From: a bacterium
GTDB taxonomy: Bacteria; JAMCPX01
Assembly: GCA_037439545.1 (NCBI GenBank)
Contig: JBBIVV010000009.1
Location: 1-63,607, forward strand
DNA length: 63,607 nucleotides
Reading direction: 5' to 3'
Each line of letters begins with the position of its first letter. Positions within the stretch are counted from its first letter, which is position 1. The notes beneath the pieces were generated by a model. The model saw only the letters and a list, made by a program, of their open reading frames with translations. It made no database searches and was not told where the DNA came from. The position numbers were made by a program, and so were the translations under genes. This document shows positions 18,866 through 33,279 of the stretch, one piece after another.

Positions 18866-21800
18866 ATGACCGTTAAAGAACCAAACGAATTTTCTATACC
18901 GAGAAAGGATTTCAGGAAATTCCATGCGCTCATGGATATTCCTGATCTCATTGAGGTTCAGCTCAATTCTTTTAATCAGTTTTTACAGGCCGATTCTAAG
19001 CCTGAGGAGCGTAAAAATGTCGGTCTTCAGGCAGCCTTCAATGTCGTTTTTCCGATAAAAGATTACAATGAAACAGCATCCCTGGAGTTTGTCAGATACA
19101 TACTGGATTCCCCGACCTACAATGTAGATGAATGTAAGGAGAAAAGCCTGACCTATACGATGCCTATGAAGATCATGGTAAGGTTGATACTGAAAGATGT
19201 CGATCCGGAAACAAAAACAAAAACTATCAGGGATATAAAAGAGCAGGAGGTATTTTTTGGCGAAATACCGGTCATGACGTCAAACGGTACATTTATAATA
19301 AATGGTATCGAAAGAGTCATTGTCAGCCAGTTGCACCGTTCACCCGGTGTATTCTTCGAGTATGATAAACTTAAAATTCAGAGTACTGGAAGACCTGTGT
19401 ATATGGCAAGGATAATACCTTATGAAGGTTCCTGGCTTGATTTTGAGTTTGATCAGAAAGACATAATGTATGTAAAAGTTGATAAGAAAAAAAAGTTTTA
19501 CGCGACGGTAGTTTTAAAAGCCCTCGGTTATTCAGACGAAGACATACTGCGCAGGTTTTACAAAACGGAATTCATAAAGATCAAGGGCAATGACCTGATA
19601 ATGGAGCTGGATTATGAACTGCTGCTGAATAGAAGGTTCACGCTCGATATCAAGGATCCTGCTTCTGGAGAAATAATCGTTCCTGCCGGAACAAAGATCA
19701 CGAGGAATCTGGCAAAAAAAATAATATCGCGCAAAGTCAAACACATCACGGTGAAATATGAAGACATAGACGGAAGGGTTTCTGTTCAGGATGTTCTGGA
19801 TAAAGAAGGTAATGTCATACTGAAGTGCAATGAAAGCATCACGAAAGAAATATTTGAGAAAGTCCAGAACAATAAAGCAGAAAAACTGGAATTTATATTT
19901 TTCGACAATATCTCCGTAAGCGGGAGCATAAGGGAGACATTGCTCCTTGACAAGATAATTACAAAGCAGGAAGCAATAGAAGAATTTTACTCCAAGTTAA
20001 AACCAAACGAATCTTATACTCCTGAAATGGTACAGTTCTTCTTTGAAGATATGTTCTTTTCAAAGGCAAGATATAATCTTACAAGAGTAGGCAGGTTAAA
20101 GTTGAACAGCCGCCTGGGGAAGAATATACCGCTTGATGTTACCACATTGGACAAAGAGGATATTATTGATACGGTTAAATATCTTTTTGATCTTAAGAAT
20201 GGTAAAGGTGAGGTTGACGATATAGATCATCTCAGCAACCGCCGTGTGAGGACGGTAGGAGAACTTCTGGAAAACCAGTTTAAACTCGGTCTTTTAAGAA
20301 TGGCAAAGACCGTAAAAGAGAAATTTACCCATGATCTGCAAACACTCATGCCGTCTGAGTTGATCAATCCGAAGCCTGTGACCGCTGCAATAAAAGAGTT
20401 CTTCGGCGGCAGCCAGCTTTCGCAGTTTATGGATCAGACCAATCCTCTTGCTGAGATTACACATAAGAGAAGGCTTTCTGCTCTTGGCCCGGGAGGTTTA
20501 ACGAGGGAAAGGGCCGGTTTTGAGGTGAGGGACGTACATACAACGCATTATGGGAGAATCTGTCCCATAGAAACCCCTGAAGGTCCCAATATAGGTCTTA
20601 TTGCATCGATGAGTACCTATGCAAGGGTGGATGAATTCGGATTTTTAAGAACACCCTATAGGGTCGTTAAGAATAACATTGCAACAGATGAGATCGTATA
20701 TATTTCGGCAATAGATGAAGAAAATAAGACGATAGCACAGGCAAATACGGCCCTGGATCATAAGAATAAAATAATCGAAGAATACGTCGCAGCACGGAGA
20801 AACGGGGAATTCCTCATGGTACATAAGGATGAAGTGGATTTCATGGATGTGTCTCCGGTACAGCTTGTATCGGCAGCAGCAGCACTGATACCGTTTCTTG
20901 AACATGACGATGCTAACAGGGCTTTGATGGGATCAAACATGCAGAGACAGGCAGTGCCTCTTGTAAAAACAGAAGCCCCGCTTGTTGCAACGGGAATAGA
21001 AGGATATATAGCAAGAAATTCAGGTGTTGTTATTGCAGCAGAGGACGATGGAGTTATCACTTCCGTCGATGCAAAAAAGATTGTCATACAATATATGAAT
21101 AGCAGCAAGGGGCCTACCATAAAGATATACAATCTTCACAAATTCCATAAATCAAACCAGGGTACCTGTTTGAACCAGGTCCCTGTAGTCAAGGTTGGTC
21201 AGCGTGTCAAAAAAGGCCAGATTATAGCCGATGGTGCTGCTGTTGCAAATGGTGAACTGGCACTGGGCAAGAATGTGGTCGTGGCCTTCATGCCATGGAA
21301 CGGCTATAATTATGAAGACTCGATTCTCGTGAGTGAAAGAATCAACAAAGAGGATATCTTTACCTCCATACATATTGAAGAGTATGAATGTTCGGCACGT
21401 GAGCTTAAGGTCGGAAGGGAAGAAATAACGAGGGATATACCGAACGTGAGCGATGAGAGCCTCAAAGATCTTGATGAAAGCGGTATAATTAGAATAGGTG
21501 CAGAAGTTAAACAAGGCGATATTCTGGTTGGTAAAGTTACACCGAAAGGCGAGTCCCAGCCGACACCGGAAGAGAGATTGCTGAAAGCTATTTTCGGTGA
21601 CAAAGCAGGCGACGTCAAGGACACGTCTTTAAGAGTAAAACCGGGCGTTCATGGTACCATAGTCGATGTCAGGATATTCTCGAGAAAAAGTGCTCCGGAC
21701 AAGGACAAGACAAAAGATCAAGAACTGGTCAGGATGCACTCTGATCAGGAGGAAGAATTAAGCATCATAGAAGATACTATGAAAGAACATCTGAGAAAAC

Positions 21801-22960
21801 TACTGCTTGGAGAAAAGATCGGAGAAAAATTTTCGGATGAGAGAAGAAAGATTCACCTCAAACATGGGGATGTTGTCACAGAAGAGCTGATCGTTCGGTT
21901 GCCGATAGAGAAATGGGCATCAATGACCTTCATGGCAGGAAGCAAATTGCAGGAGAAGGTTCATAAGGTTATCGATTCAACAATCGAACAGAAGGACATG
22001 ATAAAATCCATATTTGATCAGAAGATAAACAGACTAAAAAGAGGGGATGAACTCCCTGTCGGTGTATTCAAACTTGTCAAGGTTTTTATTGCAACGAAGC
22101 GGAAACTGTTTGCAGGTGACAAGATGGCAGGCAGACACGGAAACAAAGGCGTTGTATCGAGGATAGTGCCTGTTGAAGATATGCCGTTTCTGCCCGACGG
22201 AAGGCCGATTGATATAGTCCTTAACCCGCTTGGTGTTCCTTCAAGGCTGAATGTCGGACAAATACTGGAAACGCACCTTGGATGGGCTGCAAAGGGACTC
22301 GGCGAACAGATCCAGGAGTATCTGGAAGAAAATTACAGTGACGATAAATTGAGAGAATATCTGAAAGACATATATAAGAATACGGCGTTTGTTAAATCTA
22401 TAGACAATCTTGGGAATGAAGAGCTCAGAAATTTTGCAGGCAGGCTTATTGATGGTGTTAAGATAACGACAGAGGTCTTCAACGGTTCCACGGAGAACGA
22501 GATAAAAGAATTATTGAAGCTTGCGAGTCTGCCCGAAGACGGACAGATAACGCTTTTTGATGGGAAGACAGGCGAACCATTCAGGGCAAAGATAACTGTT
22601 GGCGTGATGTATATGATGAAGCTGCATCACCTTGTCGAAGAAAAGATCCATGCCCGGTCCGTTGGCCCGTATTCTCTCGTTACACAGCAGCCTCTGGGAG
22701 GAAAAGCCCAGTTTGGAGGACAGAGGCTCGGAGAAATGGAAGTATGGGCATTTGAAGCTTATGGTGCCTCAAATGCACTGCAGGAGATGATCACGGTTAA
22801 ATCGGATGATATCCTGGGCAGGACGAGGATCTTCGATTCTATAACAAAAGGTAAACATAACTTCGAACCGGGAGTGCCTGAGGCTTTCAATGTACTTATG
22901 AGAGAGCTGAAGAGTATGTCGCTGGATGTTGAATTGATAGAAAGAGACCAATTAGAATAA
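18866..22960 (+). CDS. rpoB: RNA polymerase beta subunit
   Basis: SQLSQFMDQTNPL, GDKMAGRHGNKG, GGQRLGEME. Confidence 0.99.
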   Translation: MTVKEPNEFSIPRKDFRKFHALMDIPDLIEVQLNSFNQFLQADSKPEERKNVGLQAAFNVVFPIKDYNETASLEFVRYILDSPTYNVDECKEKSLTYTMPMKIMVRLILKDVDPETKTKTIRDIKEQEVFFGEIPVMTSNGTFIINGIERVIVSQLHRSPGVFFEYDKLKIQSTGRPVYMARIIPYEGSWLDFEFDQKDIMYVKVDKKKKFYATVVLKALGYSDEDILRRFYKTEFIKIKGNDLIMELDYELLLNRRFTLDIKDPASGEIIVPAGTKITRNLAKKIISRKVKHITVKYEDIDGRVSVQDVLDKEGNVILKCNESITKEIFEKVQNNKAEKLEFIFFDNISVSGSIRETLLLDKIITKQEAIEEFYSKLKPNESYTPEMVQFFFEDMFFSKARYNLTRVGRLKLNSRLGKNIPLDVTTLDKEDIIDTVKYLFDLKNGKGEVDDIDHLSNRRVRTVGELLENQFKLGLLRMAKTVKEKFTHDLQTLMPSELINPKPVTAAIKEFFGGSQLSQFMDQTNPLAEITHKRRLSALGPGGLTRERAGFEVRDVHTTHYGRICPIETPEGPNIGLIASMSTYARVDEFGFLRTPYRVVKNNIATDEIVYISAIDEENKTIAQANTALDHKNKIIEEYVAARRNGEFLMVHKDEVDFMDVSPVQLVSAAAALIPFLEHDDANRALMGSNMQRQAVPLVKTEAPLVATGIEGYIARNSGVVIAAEDDGVITSVDAKKIVIQYMNSSKGPTIKIYNLHKFHKSNQGTCLNQVPVVKVGQRVKKGQIIADGAAVANGELALGKNVVVAFMPWNGYNYEDSILVSERINKEDIFTSIHIEEYECSARELKVGREEITRDIPNVSDESLKDLDESGIIRIGAEVKQGDILVGKVTPKGESQPTPEERLLKAIFGDKAGDVKDTSLRVKPGVHGTIVDVRIFSRKSAPDKDKTKDQELVRMHSDQEEELSIIEDTMKEHLRKLLLGEKIGEKFSDERRKIHLKHGDVVTEELIVRLPIEKWASMTFMAGSKLQEKVHKVIDSTIEQKDMIKSIFDQKINRLKRGDELPVGVFKLVKVFIATKRKLFAGDKMAGRHGNKGVVSRIVPVEDMPFLPDGRPIDIVLNPLGVPSRLNVGQILETHLGWAAKGLGEQIQEYLEENYSDDKLREYLKDIYKNTAFVKSIDNLGNEELRNFAGRLIDGVKITTEVFNGSTENEIKELLKLASLPEDGQITLFDGKTGEPFRAKITVGVMYMMKLHHLVEEKIHARSVGPYSLVTQQPLGGKAQFGGQRLGEMEVWAFEAYGASNALQEMITVKSDDILGRTRIFDSITKGKHNFEPGVPEAFNVLMRELKSMSLDVELIERDQLE

Positions 22961-22975
22961 TCGTAGGAGGTTAAA

Positions 22976-25900
22976 ATGGAAGAAGGTTTTTTTCAACATG
23001 AAAAGCCTAAAAATCCGAATGAAATAGCAGCGGTGAAAATTGGTATCGCTTCTCCGGAAAAGATAAGGAGTTGGTCGCACGGCGAGGTCAAGAAGCCGGA
23101 AACCATCAACTACAGAACTTTCAAACCGGAGAGGGATGGATTATTCTGCGCAAAAATATTCGGGCCGATAAAAGACTATGAATGCCTGTGCGGTAAGTAT
23201 AAGAGAATGAAGCACAGAGGTGTGGTGTGTGAGAAATGCGGTGTGGAGGTCATTCAATCAAAGGTAAGAAGAGAACGTATGGGACATATAGAGCTCGTTT
23301 GTCCTGTGGCTCACATCTGGTTTCTTAAGAATGTACCGAGTCCGATTGGAAACCTGCTCAATCTTACAGCGAGAGAACTGGAAAGAGTCGTGTATTTTGA
23401 ATCATACATAGTCATAGATCCGAAGAATTCGCCATTAAAAGAAAAAGAACTATTGAAAGAAGAGAAATATCTCGAACTTATAAAAGAGTATGGCCCTACG
23501 AGTTTTATTGCAAAGATGGGAGCAGAGGCCATCAGAGAGCTTCTGGGCAGAGTAAATCTTGAGAAATTGTCAAAAGAGCTAAACAAAGAAATCAAGAGTA
23601 CGAGCTCTGATCAGAAAAAGAAAAAACTCGGTAAGAGGCTGAAGATCGTAGAAGCTTTCAGGAATTCCGGCAACAGGCCGGAATGGATGGTCCTTGAAGT
23701 ACTGCCTGTCCTGCCCCCTGAGTTAAGACCGCTGGTCCACCTCGAGGGAGGGCGCTTTGCCTCGGCAGATCTCAATGATCTCTACCGGAGAATCATTAAC
23801 AGAAACAACAGATTGAAGAAGCTTCTCGAGATAGATGCGCCTGACATCATAATCCGTAATGAGAAGAGGATGCTGCAGGAATCTGTCGATGCCCTTATAG
23901 ATAACGGGAAGAGAGGAAAGACGGTAACATCGGCCAATAGGAGAGAATTGAAATCACTGAGTGAAACAATAAGAGGTAAGCACGGCAGATTCAGACAGAA
24001 CCTCCTCGGTAAGAGAGTGGATTATTCGGCAAGGTCCGTAATCGTGGTCGGACCGGAATTAAAATTGCATCAATGCGGTATACCGAAGCAGATAGCACTG
24101 GAACTTTTTAAGCCTTTTGTTTATAACAAACTTGAAGAGTACGGCTATGCAACTACGATAAAGACGGCAAAGAAGCTGGTTGAAAAAGAGAAACCGGAGG
24201 TCTGGGATGTCCTTGAAGAGGTCATTACGGAGCATCCGGTGTTTCTGAACAGAGCACCGACACTCCACAGGCTCGGTATTCAGGCTTTTGAGCCAGTACT
24301 TGTCGAAGGGAAAGCAATACACCTTCATCCGCTTGTGTGTCCTGCATTCAATGCCGACTTTGACGGTGACCAGATGGCGGTACACGTCCCCCTATCCATT
24401 GAGGCGCAGTCAGAGGCAAGAATATTGATGATGTCAACGAACAATATACTGTCGCCTGCAAACGGAAAACCGATTATAAACCCTACTCAGGACATCGTTC
24501 TTGGACTTTATTATATGACCAAGCCGAGCGCTTATGTAAAAGGCGAGGGCAAGTTTTTTTCAAGCCATGAGGAAGTGAGGATAGCCTATGAGCTTAAGGT
24601 CGTCGATATTCACGCAAAAATAAAATTAAGATTCAACAATAAGATTTATGAGACGACGGTCGGACGTGCGATGCTTATCGATATACTCCCCCATAGTATT
24701 CCTTTTGATAACATTAACAAGGTTCTGGGGAAAAAGGAGATCGCTAACCTCATAGACCTTTGTTATAAAGTTGCCGGTGAGAAAGAAACTGTCCTGCTCG
24801 CAGACAGGATAAAAGATATCGGGTTCAAGATGTCGACCGAGGCAGGCATTTCAATATGCATCAATGATATGAAGATACCGCCTAAAAAATCAGAAATCAT
24901 CAAGAAGGCGCTCGAGGAGGTCATGCAGGTCACAGAAAGGGCGAATGAAAGGCTGATTTCCGCAGGAGAGAAGCATAATCAGATCATAGATATATGGGCA
25001 AAGGCAAGCGAAGCTGTCGCCTTTGAAATGAAAAAAGAGATTTCAGGGGAAATTATTGTCAACAGAGATGGAGTAAACAGGAAGGTCCCCAGTTTCAATC
25101 CTATCTATATAATGGCTGACTCAGGAGCACGAGGCAGTGATGAACAGATAAAACAGCTTGCCGGTATGCGGGGATTGATGACGAAGCCGTCGGGTGATAT
25201 TATGGAAACACCTATTCTATCGAATTTCAGGGAAGGCCTGAATGTTCTCGAGTACTTTATATCGACACACGGTGCAAGAAAAGGTCTCGCCGACACAGCA
25301 TTGAAGACTTCAAATTCAGGATACCTCACCAGGAGGCTTGTCGATGTAGCCCAGGATGCCATAATTGAAGAGTCTGACTGCGGTACACTGGATGGTATTG
25401 TAATAACACCGCTGATTGTAGATGGCGAGGTAGTCCAGACACTGGGAGAAAGGATCATGGGCAGGGTTGTTCTTACAGACGTAGTGGATCCGTTTTCAGG
25501 GGAAGTCCTTGTAAAGGCAAACGAGCTGATTACCGATGAGCTGGTGAAGAAGATAGAGGATGCGGGAGTTGAAAGCGTTGTGATAAGGTCTGTGTTAACA
25601 TGCCGGTCAAGAGGCGGCAGAGTTTGTGCAAAATGTTATGGCCAGGATCTTGCCAGAGGAAAGCTCGTCGATATAGGTGAAGCAGTCGGTGTAATAGCGG
25701 CTCAGTCAATCGGGGAGCCCGGCACCCAGTTGACAATGAGAACATTCCACGTCGGTGGCACTGCAAGCAGAAAGGTCGAGCAGAATTCACTCGAGGCAAA
25801 GTATGATGGTATCGTTAAGTTCATAGGATTGAAAACGGTCAAGAAAGAAGACGGTACTATCATTGCTATGAACAGGCACGGAGAGTTTATCATAGCCGAG

Positions 25901-27106
25901 GAGAGCGGAAGAGAAAAAGAGAGATATAAGATCGTGTACGGCGCTACGCTGAATCTGGAGGACGGTTCAAAGGTAAAAGCCGGTACATCACTTGCTTCAT
26001 GGGATTCATATGCGAGTCCAATATTGACAGAAGCCGGAGGTATCGTTCGATACGGTGATATTGAAGAAGGCGTCACTGTCGAGGAAACATGGAATGAGCA
26101 AACAGGAAGATCCACGAAGATGATCATTGAATCGAAGGACCCGGACAAGAGGCCGCACATATCGATAGTTAATGAAAGCGGTGTTACCGTAAAAATACCG
26201 GGTACCAATACACCCGTGTTTATATCATTGCCTATCAAAGCGGAGCTTGTGGTAAAAGACGGCGAAAAAGTCAAAGCAGGTGATATGCTTGCAAAGATAC
26301 CGCGTGAGACTACAAAGACAAAAGATATTACCGGCGGTCTGCCAAGGGTTGTCGATCTATTCGAAGCCCGCAAGCCAAAAGAATCGGCAACAATTGCCGA
26401 AATTGACGGCACGGTACATTTCAGCGATGATATGAAAGGCAAGAAGACCATAATCGTCGCTCCATCAATCGGTGAATCGAAGACTTATAGCATAAGCAAG
26501 GGCAGGCATATAAGTGTGCAGGAGGGAGATCATGTCAAGGCAGGCGAGCCACTTACCGATGGTCTTATAAACCCTCATGACATACTCAGAGTACTTGGAG
26601 TAAAAGAGCTTGCAAAATTTCTGGTCAATGAGATCCAGGAAGTTTACCGGTATCAGGGTGTTAAAATTAATGATAAGCATATAGAGGTGATTGTCCGGCA
26701 GATGGTGAGAAGGATCAAGATCAATGATTCCGGAGATACATTGTTCCTGCCCGGAGAGCATGTAGAAAAGTATTCTTTTGAGGATGTGAATCAAAAGATG
26801 ATCAATAAAGGCGTAAAGCCTGCGGTTGCAGAACCGATGTTGATCGGTATCACAAAAGCATCTCTGAGTACGGACAGTTTTATTTCGGCAGCATCATTCC
26901 AGGATACGACAAAGGTACTGACAGAAGCTGCTATCACCGGCAAGATAGATTATCTGCGAGGGCTGAAGGAAAACATAATCATGGGAAGGCTTATACCTGC
27001 AGGAACAGGGCATGAAGATTACAGCAATGTTAAACTCGGTATAGAGCCGTCGTATGAAGAGACAAAAATAGAGACAAAAACAGAAGTAAAAAATACAACG
27101 GTCTGA
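22976..27106 (+). CDS. rpoC: RNA polymerase beta' subunit
   Basis: [12 protein letters not shown] catalytic motif; zinc finger CLCGK...CEKC. Confidence 0.99.
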   Translation: MEEGFFQHEKPKNPNEIAAVKIGIASPEKIRSWSHGEVKKPETINYRTFKPERDGLFCAKIFGPIKDYECLCGKYKRMKHRGVVCEKCGVEVIQSKVRRERMGHIELVCPVAHIWFLKNVPSPIGNLLNLTARELERVVYFESYIVIDPKNSPLKEKELLKEEKYLELIKEYGPTSFIAKMGAEAIRELLGRVNLEKLSKELNKEIKSTSSDQKKKKLGKRLKIVEAFRNSGNRPEWMVLEVLPVLPPELRPLVHLEGGRFASADLNDLYRRIINRNNRLKKLLEIDAPDIIIRNEKRMLQESVDALIDNGKRGKTVTSANRRELKSLSETIRGKHGRFRQNLLGKRVDYSARSVIVVGPELKLHQCGIPKQIALELFKPFVYNKLEEYGYATTIKTAKKLVEKEKPEVWDVLEEVITEHPVFLNRAPTLHRLGIQAFEPVLVEGKAIHLHPLVCPAFNADFDGDQMAVHVPLSIEAQSEARILMMSTNNILSPANGKPIINPTQDIVLGLYYMTKPSAYVKGEGKFFSSHEEVRIAYELKVVDIHAKIKLRFNNKIYETTVGRAMLIDILPHSIPFDNINKVLGKKEIANLIDLCYKVAGEKETVLLADRIKDIGFKMSTEAGISICINDMKIPPKKSEIIKKALEEVMQVTERANERLISAGEKHNQIIDIWAKASEAVAFEMKKEISGEIIVNRDGVNRKVPSFNPIYIMADSGARGSDEQIKQLAGMRGLMTKPSGDIMETPILSNFREGLNVLEYFISTHGARKGLADTALKTSNSGYLTRRLVDVAQDAIIEESDCGTLDGIVITPLIVDGEVVQTLGERIMGRVVLTDVVDPFSGEVLVKANELITDELVKKIEDAGVESVVIRSVLTCRSRGGRVCAKCYGQDLARGKLVDIGEAVGVIAAQSIGEPGTQLTMRTFHVGGTASRKVEQNSLEAKYDGIVKFIGLKTVKKEDGTIIAMNRHGEFIIAEESGREKERYKIVYGATLNLEDGSKVKAGTSLASWDSYASPILTEAGGIVRYGDIEEGVTVEETWNEQTGRSTKMIIESKDPDKRPHISIVNESGVTVKIPGTNTPVFISLPIKAELVVKDGEKVKAGDMLAKIPRETTKTKDITGGLPRVVDLFEARKPKESATIAEIDGTVHFSDDMKGKKTIIVAPSIGESKTYSISKGRHISVQEGDHVKAGEPLTDGLINPHDILRVLGVKELAKFLVNEIQEVYRYQGVKINDKHIEVIVRQMVRRIKINDSGDTLFLPGEHVEKYSFEDVNQKMINKGVKPAVAEPMLIGITKASLSTDSFISAASFQDTTKVLTEAAITGKIDYLRGLKENIIMGRLIPAGTGHEDYSNVKLGIEPSYEETKIETKTEVKNTTV

Positions 27107-27182
27107 CAAAAATAATCAAAAACTTATTGACATATGAAAACATGCATGTTAAATAAAAAAAATTTCTTTGTGGGAGTGAGAA

Positions 27183-27557
27183 TTGACAACAATTAATCAG
27201 CTTATTAAAAAAGCACGGAAGAGGACAAGGGCAAAGAGTAAGGCGGCAGCATTACAGAAGAACCCTCAGAAGCGAGGTGTGTGCATAAGGGTTTATACCA
27301 CAACACCCAAAAAGCCGAATTCAGCTTTAAGAAAAGTAGCGCGTGTAAGATTGACAAACGGGATGGAAATAACTGCTTATATCCCCGGTATTGGTCATGA
27401 GCTGCAGGAGCATGCTGTTGTACTTGTCAGAGGTGGTAGAGTCAGGGACCTGCCCGGTGTAAGATATCATATAATAAGAGGTTCTCTTGATACTACAGGA
27501 GTAAAAGAGAGAAAAAAAGGCCGTTCTAAATACGGCGCAAAGAAGCAGAAAGCATAA
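27183..27557 (+). CDS. rpsL: 30S ribosomal protein S12 (TTG start)
   Basis: [22 protein letters not shown]. Confidence 0.99.
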   Translation: MTTINQLIKKARKRTRAKSKAAALQKNPQKRGVCIRVYTTTPKKPNSALRKVARVRLTNGMEITAYIPGIGHELQEHAVVLVRGGRVRDLPGVRYHIIRGSLDTTGVKERKKGRSKYGAKKQKA

Positions 27558-27575
27558 GTAACCCAGAGGTATTAA

Positions 27576-28046
27576 ATGTCAAGGAAGAAGAAAGTTATAC
27601 ATAATTATGTTTTACCGGATGTCAGATATAACGATGCATTGGTTGCAAAGTTCGTTAACTATATCATGAAGCAGGGACAGAAAATAACTGCAGAGAGGAT
27701 ATTGTATACCGTACTCGACGAGTTGAAATCAAAAAAACAGGATGACCCCTTAAAAATATTTACAAAAGCTGTTGAGAATGTCAAGCCCGTGCTTGAAACG
27801 AGATCAAGAAGGGTTGGCGGAGCTACTTATCAGGTCCCTGTTGAAGTACGTGATAACAGACAAGTAGCCCTTGCATTCAGGTGGATACTCATAGCAGCAA
27901 AATCAAGATCAGAGAAGACGATAGTAAACAAACTTGTTGGCGAACTGCTTGACGCATACGAGAATAAAGGAAATGCTATAAAGAAAAGAGAAGATACCCA
28001 TAAGATGGCGGAAGCAAACAGAGCTTTTGCGCATTATCGCTGGTAG
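27576..28046 (+). CDS. rpsG: 30S ribosomal protein S7
   Basis: RRVGGATYQVP, HKMAEANRAFAHYRW. Confidence 0.99.
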   Translation: MSRKKKVIHNYVLPDVRYNDALVAKFVNYIMKQGQKITAERILYTVLDELKSKKQDDPLKIFTKAVENVKPVLETRSRRVGGATYQVPVEVRDNRQVALAFRWILIAAKSRSEKTIVNKLVGELLDAYENKGNAIKKREDTHKMAEANRAFAHYRW

Positions 28047-28108
28047 TATTCTATAGTGCAGTCTTAATGATAACCGAGGAAAAAGATTCAGTCTTTTAAT
28101 AATTTAAT

Positions 28109-30175
28109 ATGGACAAAAAACTTATAAGAAATATTGGTATAATGGCACACATCGATGCCGGTAAGACTACTACTACCGAACGAATTCTTTATTATACGGG
28201 AGTAAACTATAAAATCGGTGAAATAGACGATGGTACCACAACGATGGACTGGATGGATCAGGAGAGGGAGAGAGGAATAACGATTACTTCAGCATCGACC
28301 ACAGCGGTATGGAAAAATTATCAGATAAATATAATCGATACCCCGGGGCACGTGGACTTTACCGTTGAAGTTGAAAGATCACTCCGTATACTTGATGGAG
28401 CGATTGCAATATTTGATGCTGCGAATGGCGTGGAACCGCAGTCGGAAACGGTGTGGAGACAGGCAAACAAATATAATGTCCCGAGAATTGCTTACATAAA
28501 TAAAATGGATCGTCTCGGTGCTGATTTTTATATGTCAGTCGATATGATAAAGAAGAGATTGAATGCCAACCCGGTAATTGTACAGATACCTCTCGGCAAA
28601 GAGAGTGATTTCAGAGGCGTAATAGATCTTATTACAATGAAGGCCATCATATACGACGAGGATACTCTCGGAGCTAAATACAGAGAGGAAGAAATTCCGA
28701 AAGAATACATAAAAGAAGCAGAGCTGAAGCGTGTCCATATGGTCGAGATAATAGCAGAGCTCGATGAAAAACTGACCGAGAAGTACCTGTCGGAAGAACC
28801 CATAACGGAAGATGAACTGAGACAGGCATTGAGAAAAGGTACAATAGAATTCAGGGCAGTTCCTGTACTGTGCGGATCTTCATTTAAGAATAAAGGAGTG
28901 CAGCCGCTCCTCGACTCAATCATTGACTACCTGCCGTCACCGATGGACCTGCGCCCCGTTGCGGGCAAAGATTCTGCCGGTAAGGACATAACGAGAAAGA
29001 TATCCGACGATGAGCCGTTTGCAGCTATTGCATTCAAAATAATGAATGACCCGTTTACAGGACAGTTGACATACCTGAGAATATACTCGGGTATTCTTAC
29101 GGCCGGCAGCTATGTGTACAACTCATCGAAGGACAAGATGGAGAGGATTGGAAGGATCGTCAGGATGCATGCGAATTCAAGGCAGGATGTTAAAACTGTT
29201 GATTCCGGCGATATAGTTGCTGTCATAGGACTGAAGTATACGATGACAGGAGACACCCTCTGTACAAAAGAACAGCCGATAACGCTTGAATCTATGGAGT
29301 TCCCGGAACCTGTTCTGTCAATCTCGATAGAGCCAAAGACCAAGGCTGATCAGGATAAACTGTCAGGTTCGCTCTATAAGCTCACTACTGAGGATCCTTC
29401 ATTTAAATTAAAGGTAGACCAGGAAACGGGACAAACCATTATCTCAGGTATGGGCGAGCTGCATCTGGAAATAATTATCGATAGATTAAAAAGAGAGTAC
29501 GGCGTGGAAGCCAATGTCGGAAAGCCCATGGTTGCGTACAAGGAAACAATAACAAAAGAGTCGCATGCAGAAGGTAAATACATAAAACAGACAGGCGGCA
29601 GAGGGCAATATGGTCATGTCCTTTTTAATGTAAGACCTCTATCACTTGACAACGGCGTAAAATTTGTAAACAAAATAGTCGGTGGTTCAATCCCCAGGGA
29701 ATATATACCTGCCATTGAGAAAGGTGTCCGGGAGGCTTCAGAAAGAGGAGTTCTCGGCGGTTATCCGGTACTCGGTGTTGAAGTAGAAGTCTATGATGGT
29801 TCATACCATGAAGTAGATTCATCGGAAATGGCTTTTAAGATCGCTGCATCTATGGCATTTAAAGATGCGATACACAGTGCACATCCTGTATTGCTCGAGC
29901 CGGTTATGAAGGTTGAAGTAACAGTGTCGGAAGAATTCATGGGTGAAGTAATAGGAGACCTGAGTTCAAGACGAGGAAAGATAATGGGAATGGAGATGCG
30001 TATTAACATGCATATTATCAAAGCCGAAGTCCCGCTTGCAGAGATGTTCGGCTATGCAACGGATCTGAGGTCCAACACGCAGGGACGAGGCGTTTTTACG
30101 ATGGAGTTTTCCCATTATGAATCTGTCCCTGCTGCCATTGCCGCGGGTATTTTAGAGAAATTGCAAGGTGTTTAA
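28109..30175 (+). CDS. fusA: Elongation factor G
   Basis: [24 protein letters not shown]. Confidence 0.99.
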   Translation: MDKKLIRNIGIMAHIDAGKTTTTERILYYTGVNYKIGEIDDGTTTMDWMDQERERGITITSASTTAVWKNYQINIIDTPGHVDFTVEVERSLRILDGAIAIFDAANGVEPQSETVWRQANKYNVPRIAYINKMDRLGADFYMSVDMIKKRLNANPVIVQIPLGKESDFRGVIDLITMKAIIYDEDTLGAKYREEEIPKEYIKEAELKRVHMVEIIAELDEKLTEKYLSEEPITEDELRQALRKGTIEFRAVPVLCGSSFKNKGVQPLLDSIIDYLPSPMDLRPVAGKDSAGKDITRKISDDEPFAAIAFKIMNDPFTGQLTYLRIYSGILTAGSYVYNSSKDKMERIGRIVRMHANSRQDVKTVDSGDIVAVIGLKYTMTGDTLCTKEQPITLESMEFPEPVLSISIEPKTKADQDKLSGSLYKLTTEDPSFKLKVDQETGQTIISGMGELHLEIIIDRLKREYGVEANVGKPMVAYKETITKESHAEGKYIKQTGGRGQYGHVLFNVRPLSLDNGVKFVNKIVGGSIPREYIPAIEKGVREASERGVLGGYPVLGVEVEVYDGSYHEVDSSEMAFKIAASMAFKDAIHSAHPVLLEPVMKVEVTVSEEFMGEVIGDLSSRRGKIMGMEMRINMHIIKAEVPLAEMFGYATDLRSNTQGRGVFTMEFSHYESVPAAIAAGILEKLQGV

Positions 30176-30199
30176 TTATTTAAGGAGGTAGAACTAAAG

Positions 30200-31390
<1,191 letters not shown>

Positions 31391-31396
31391 AATATT

Positions 31397-31720
31397 ATGG
31401 TAGACACGCAAAATCTTAGGATAAAATTAAAAGCATATGATCACAGGTTGCTGGATCAGTCTGTGAAGGAAATAGTTGAAACAGCAAAAAGAACGGGTGC
31501 GCTTATCAAGGGGCCAGTGCCCCTGCCAACCATGATTCAGCGTTACACGGTTCTTCGATCGCCCCATGTAGATAAAAAATCAAGAGAGCAGTTCGAGATA
31601 AGGACAAGTATGAGAATGATAGACATACTTGAACCAACCCAGCAGACGGTGGATGCACTGATGAAGATAGACCTTTCAGCCGGGGTTGATGTAGAAATAA
31701 AGAGCTTCGGAGGTAAATAA
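31397..31720 (+). CDS. rpsJ: 30S ribosomal protein S10
   Basis: [23 protein letters not shown]. Confidence 0.99.
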   Translation: MVDTQNLRIKLKAYDHRLLDQSVKEIVETAKRTGALIKGPVPLPTMIQRYTVLRSPHVDKKSREQFEIRTSMRMIDILEPTQQTVDALMKIDLSAGVDVEIKSFGGK

Positions 31721-31725
31721 AGTCG

Positions 31726-32352
31726 ATGTTTACCAATATAATGGGCAGGAAAATAGGGTGTACGCGCATATACAATGATAACGGTGAAATGGTCCCTGTT
31801 ACAGTCATAGAGGCAGGTCCATGCAAAGTTATGAATATAAGGACATCTGAAAAGGACGGGTACAAAGCTGTGCAACTGGCATATCATGCAGCGTCAGAGA
31901 AAGATTTAAGTAAGCCTGTCAATGGATACTATAAAAAAATCGGTACGGATTTCTATAAATATCTTAAAGAATTTAGAGTCAACGATCTTAAAGATATCAA
32001 AGTCAATGATATCGTTACGGTCGAAGCGTTTAAGGTTGGAGAGATAGTGGACGTAGTCGGTGTAAGCAAGGGTAAAGGTTTTCAGGGTGTCGTAAAGAGG
32101 CACGGTTTCAAAGGTGGTCCTGGGAGTCATGGTTCGATGTTTCACAGGGCGCCGGGTTCCATTGGTTCAAATACATTTCCCGGCAGGGTAATAAAAAATA
32201 AAAAATTGCCTGGCAGGATGGGTGGTGAACGGGTGACCGTGAAACACCTTGAGGTAGTAAAGCTTATACCGGAGAAAAATATCATCCTTATAAGGGGTGC
32301 TGTTCCCGGGAGTGTAAATACGATTGTAGATATAAAAAAGGTTTATGCATAG
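31726..32352 (+). CDS. rplC: 50S ribosomal protein L3
   Basis: [24 protein letters not shown]. Confidence 0.99.
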   Translation: MFTNIMGRKIGCTRIYNDNGEMVPVTVIEAGPCKVMNIRTSEKDGYKAVQLAYHAASEKDLSKPVNGYYKKIGTDFYKYLKEFRVNDLKDIKVNDIVTVEAFKVGEIVDVVGVSKGKGFQGVVKRHGFKGGPGSHGSMFHRAPGSIGSNTFPGRVIKNKKLPGRMGGERVTVKHLEVVKLIPEKNIILIRGAVPGSVNTIVDIKKVYA

Positions 32353-32359
32353 GTGAAAT

Positions 32360-32983
32360 ATGGCTATTGTTGATGTTATAGATCAAAACGGGAATAAATT
32401 AAAAGAACTCACGCTGAAAGATGAAGTCTTTAACACCACGGTGCATGAGCCTGCAATATACCTTGCAATAAAGCAGTATATGCATAATCAGAGGCAGTGG
32501 AATAGATCGACAAAGACAAAGGGCGAGGTCAGGGGCGGCGGCAAGAAACCATGGAAGCAGAAAGGTACAGGCAGGGCAAGGGTGGGCAGCATAAGATCTC
32601 CTCTATGGAAAGGGGGGGGGGCGACATTCGGTCCTCAGCCCGGTGAAAGGCTGCTCAAGATAAATAAAAAGATTATAAAACTTGCAGAGCGTTCTGCACT
32701 CAGCTCCAAGTATAAAGACAAATTGCTTATCGTGGTAGATGCTTTTAAAGTCGATCAGATAAAAACAAAGGTAGTTTATGATATGCTGAAAAAGTTAGCC
32801 ATCAATAACGCTTTGATTATTCTTGATGGCGGAGATAAGAATTTACAGTTTTCGGCAAGGAATATACCGAAGGTAAAAATCATAAGGAATAACACATTGA
32901 ATGTCTATGATATTATGAAGTATAGACAGCTTGTGCTCACGGAAAAGACAGCCATGATGCTGCAGGAGGTCTTGAGCAAATGA
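32360..32983 (+). CDS. rplD: 50S ribosomal protein L4
   Basis: KPWKQKGTGRARVGS. Confidence 0.99.
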   Translation: MAIVDVIDQNGNKLKELTLKDEVFNTTVHEPAIYLAIKQYMHNQRQWNRSTKTKGEVRGGGKKPWKQKGTGRARVGSIRSPLWKGGGATFGPQPGERLLKINKKIIKLAERSALSSKYKDKLLIVVDAFKVDQIKTKVVYDMLKKLAINNALIILDGGDKNLQFSARNIPKVKIIRNNTLNVYDIMKYRQLVLTEKTAMMLQEVLSK

Positions 32984-33273
32984 AATCCATATATGATGTT
33001 ATAATATCTCCAATCATTACAGAGAAGAATACCGCTGCAAAGGAACAGCTTAACGAAGTCGCCTGTGTCGTGAGTAAAACAGCGAACAAAAAAGAAATCA
33101 AAGAGGCAATGGAAAAGATATTCAAGGTCAAGGTCACGGATGTGAGGACCATGAATATGCCCGGCAAGGTAAAAGCCGTCAGGAGCGCGCACCGGGGTTT
33201 GAGAAGGGGATACAAAAAGGCTATAGTAAGACTGAAACAGGGCGATAAGATAGAGTTCTTTCAAGGAGTATAA
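32980..33273 (+). CDS. rplW: 50S ribosomal protein L23
   Basis: PIITEK, ANKKEIK, KKAIVRL. Confidence 0.97.
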   Translation: MKSIYDVIISPIITEKNTAAKEQLNEVACVVSKTANKKEIKEAMEKIFKVKVTDVRTMNMPGKVKAVRSAHRGLRRGYKKAIVRLKQGDKIEFFQGV

Positions 33274-33279
33274 AGATAG

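Noticed and set aside
20400-20520. RpoB rifampicin-resistance region
   Set aside because: Key residues (Q, D, H, S of cluster I) look wild-type.
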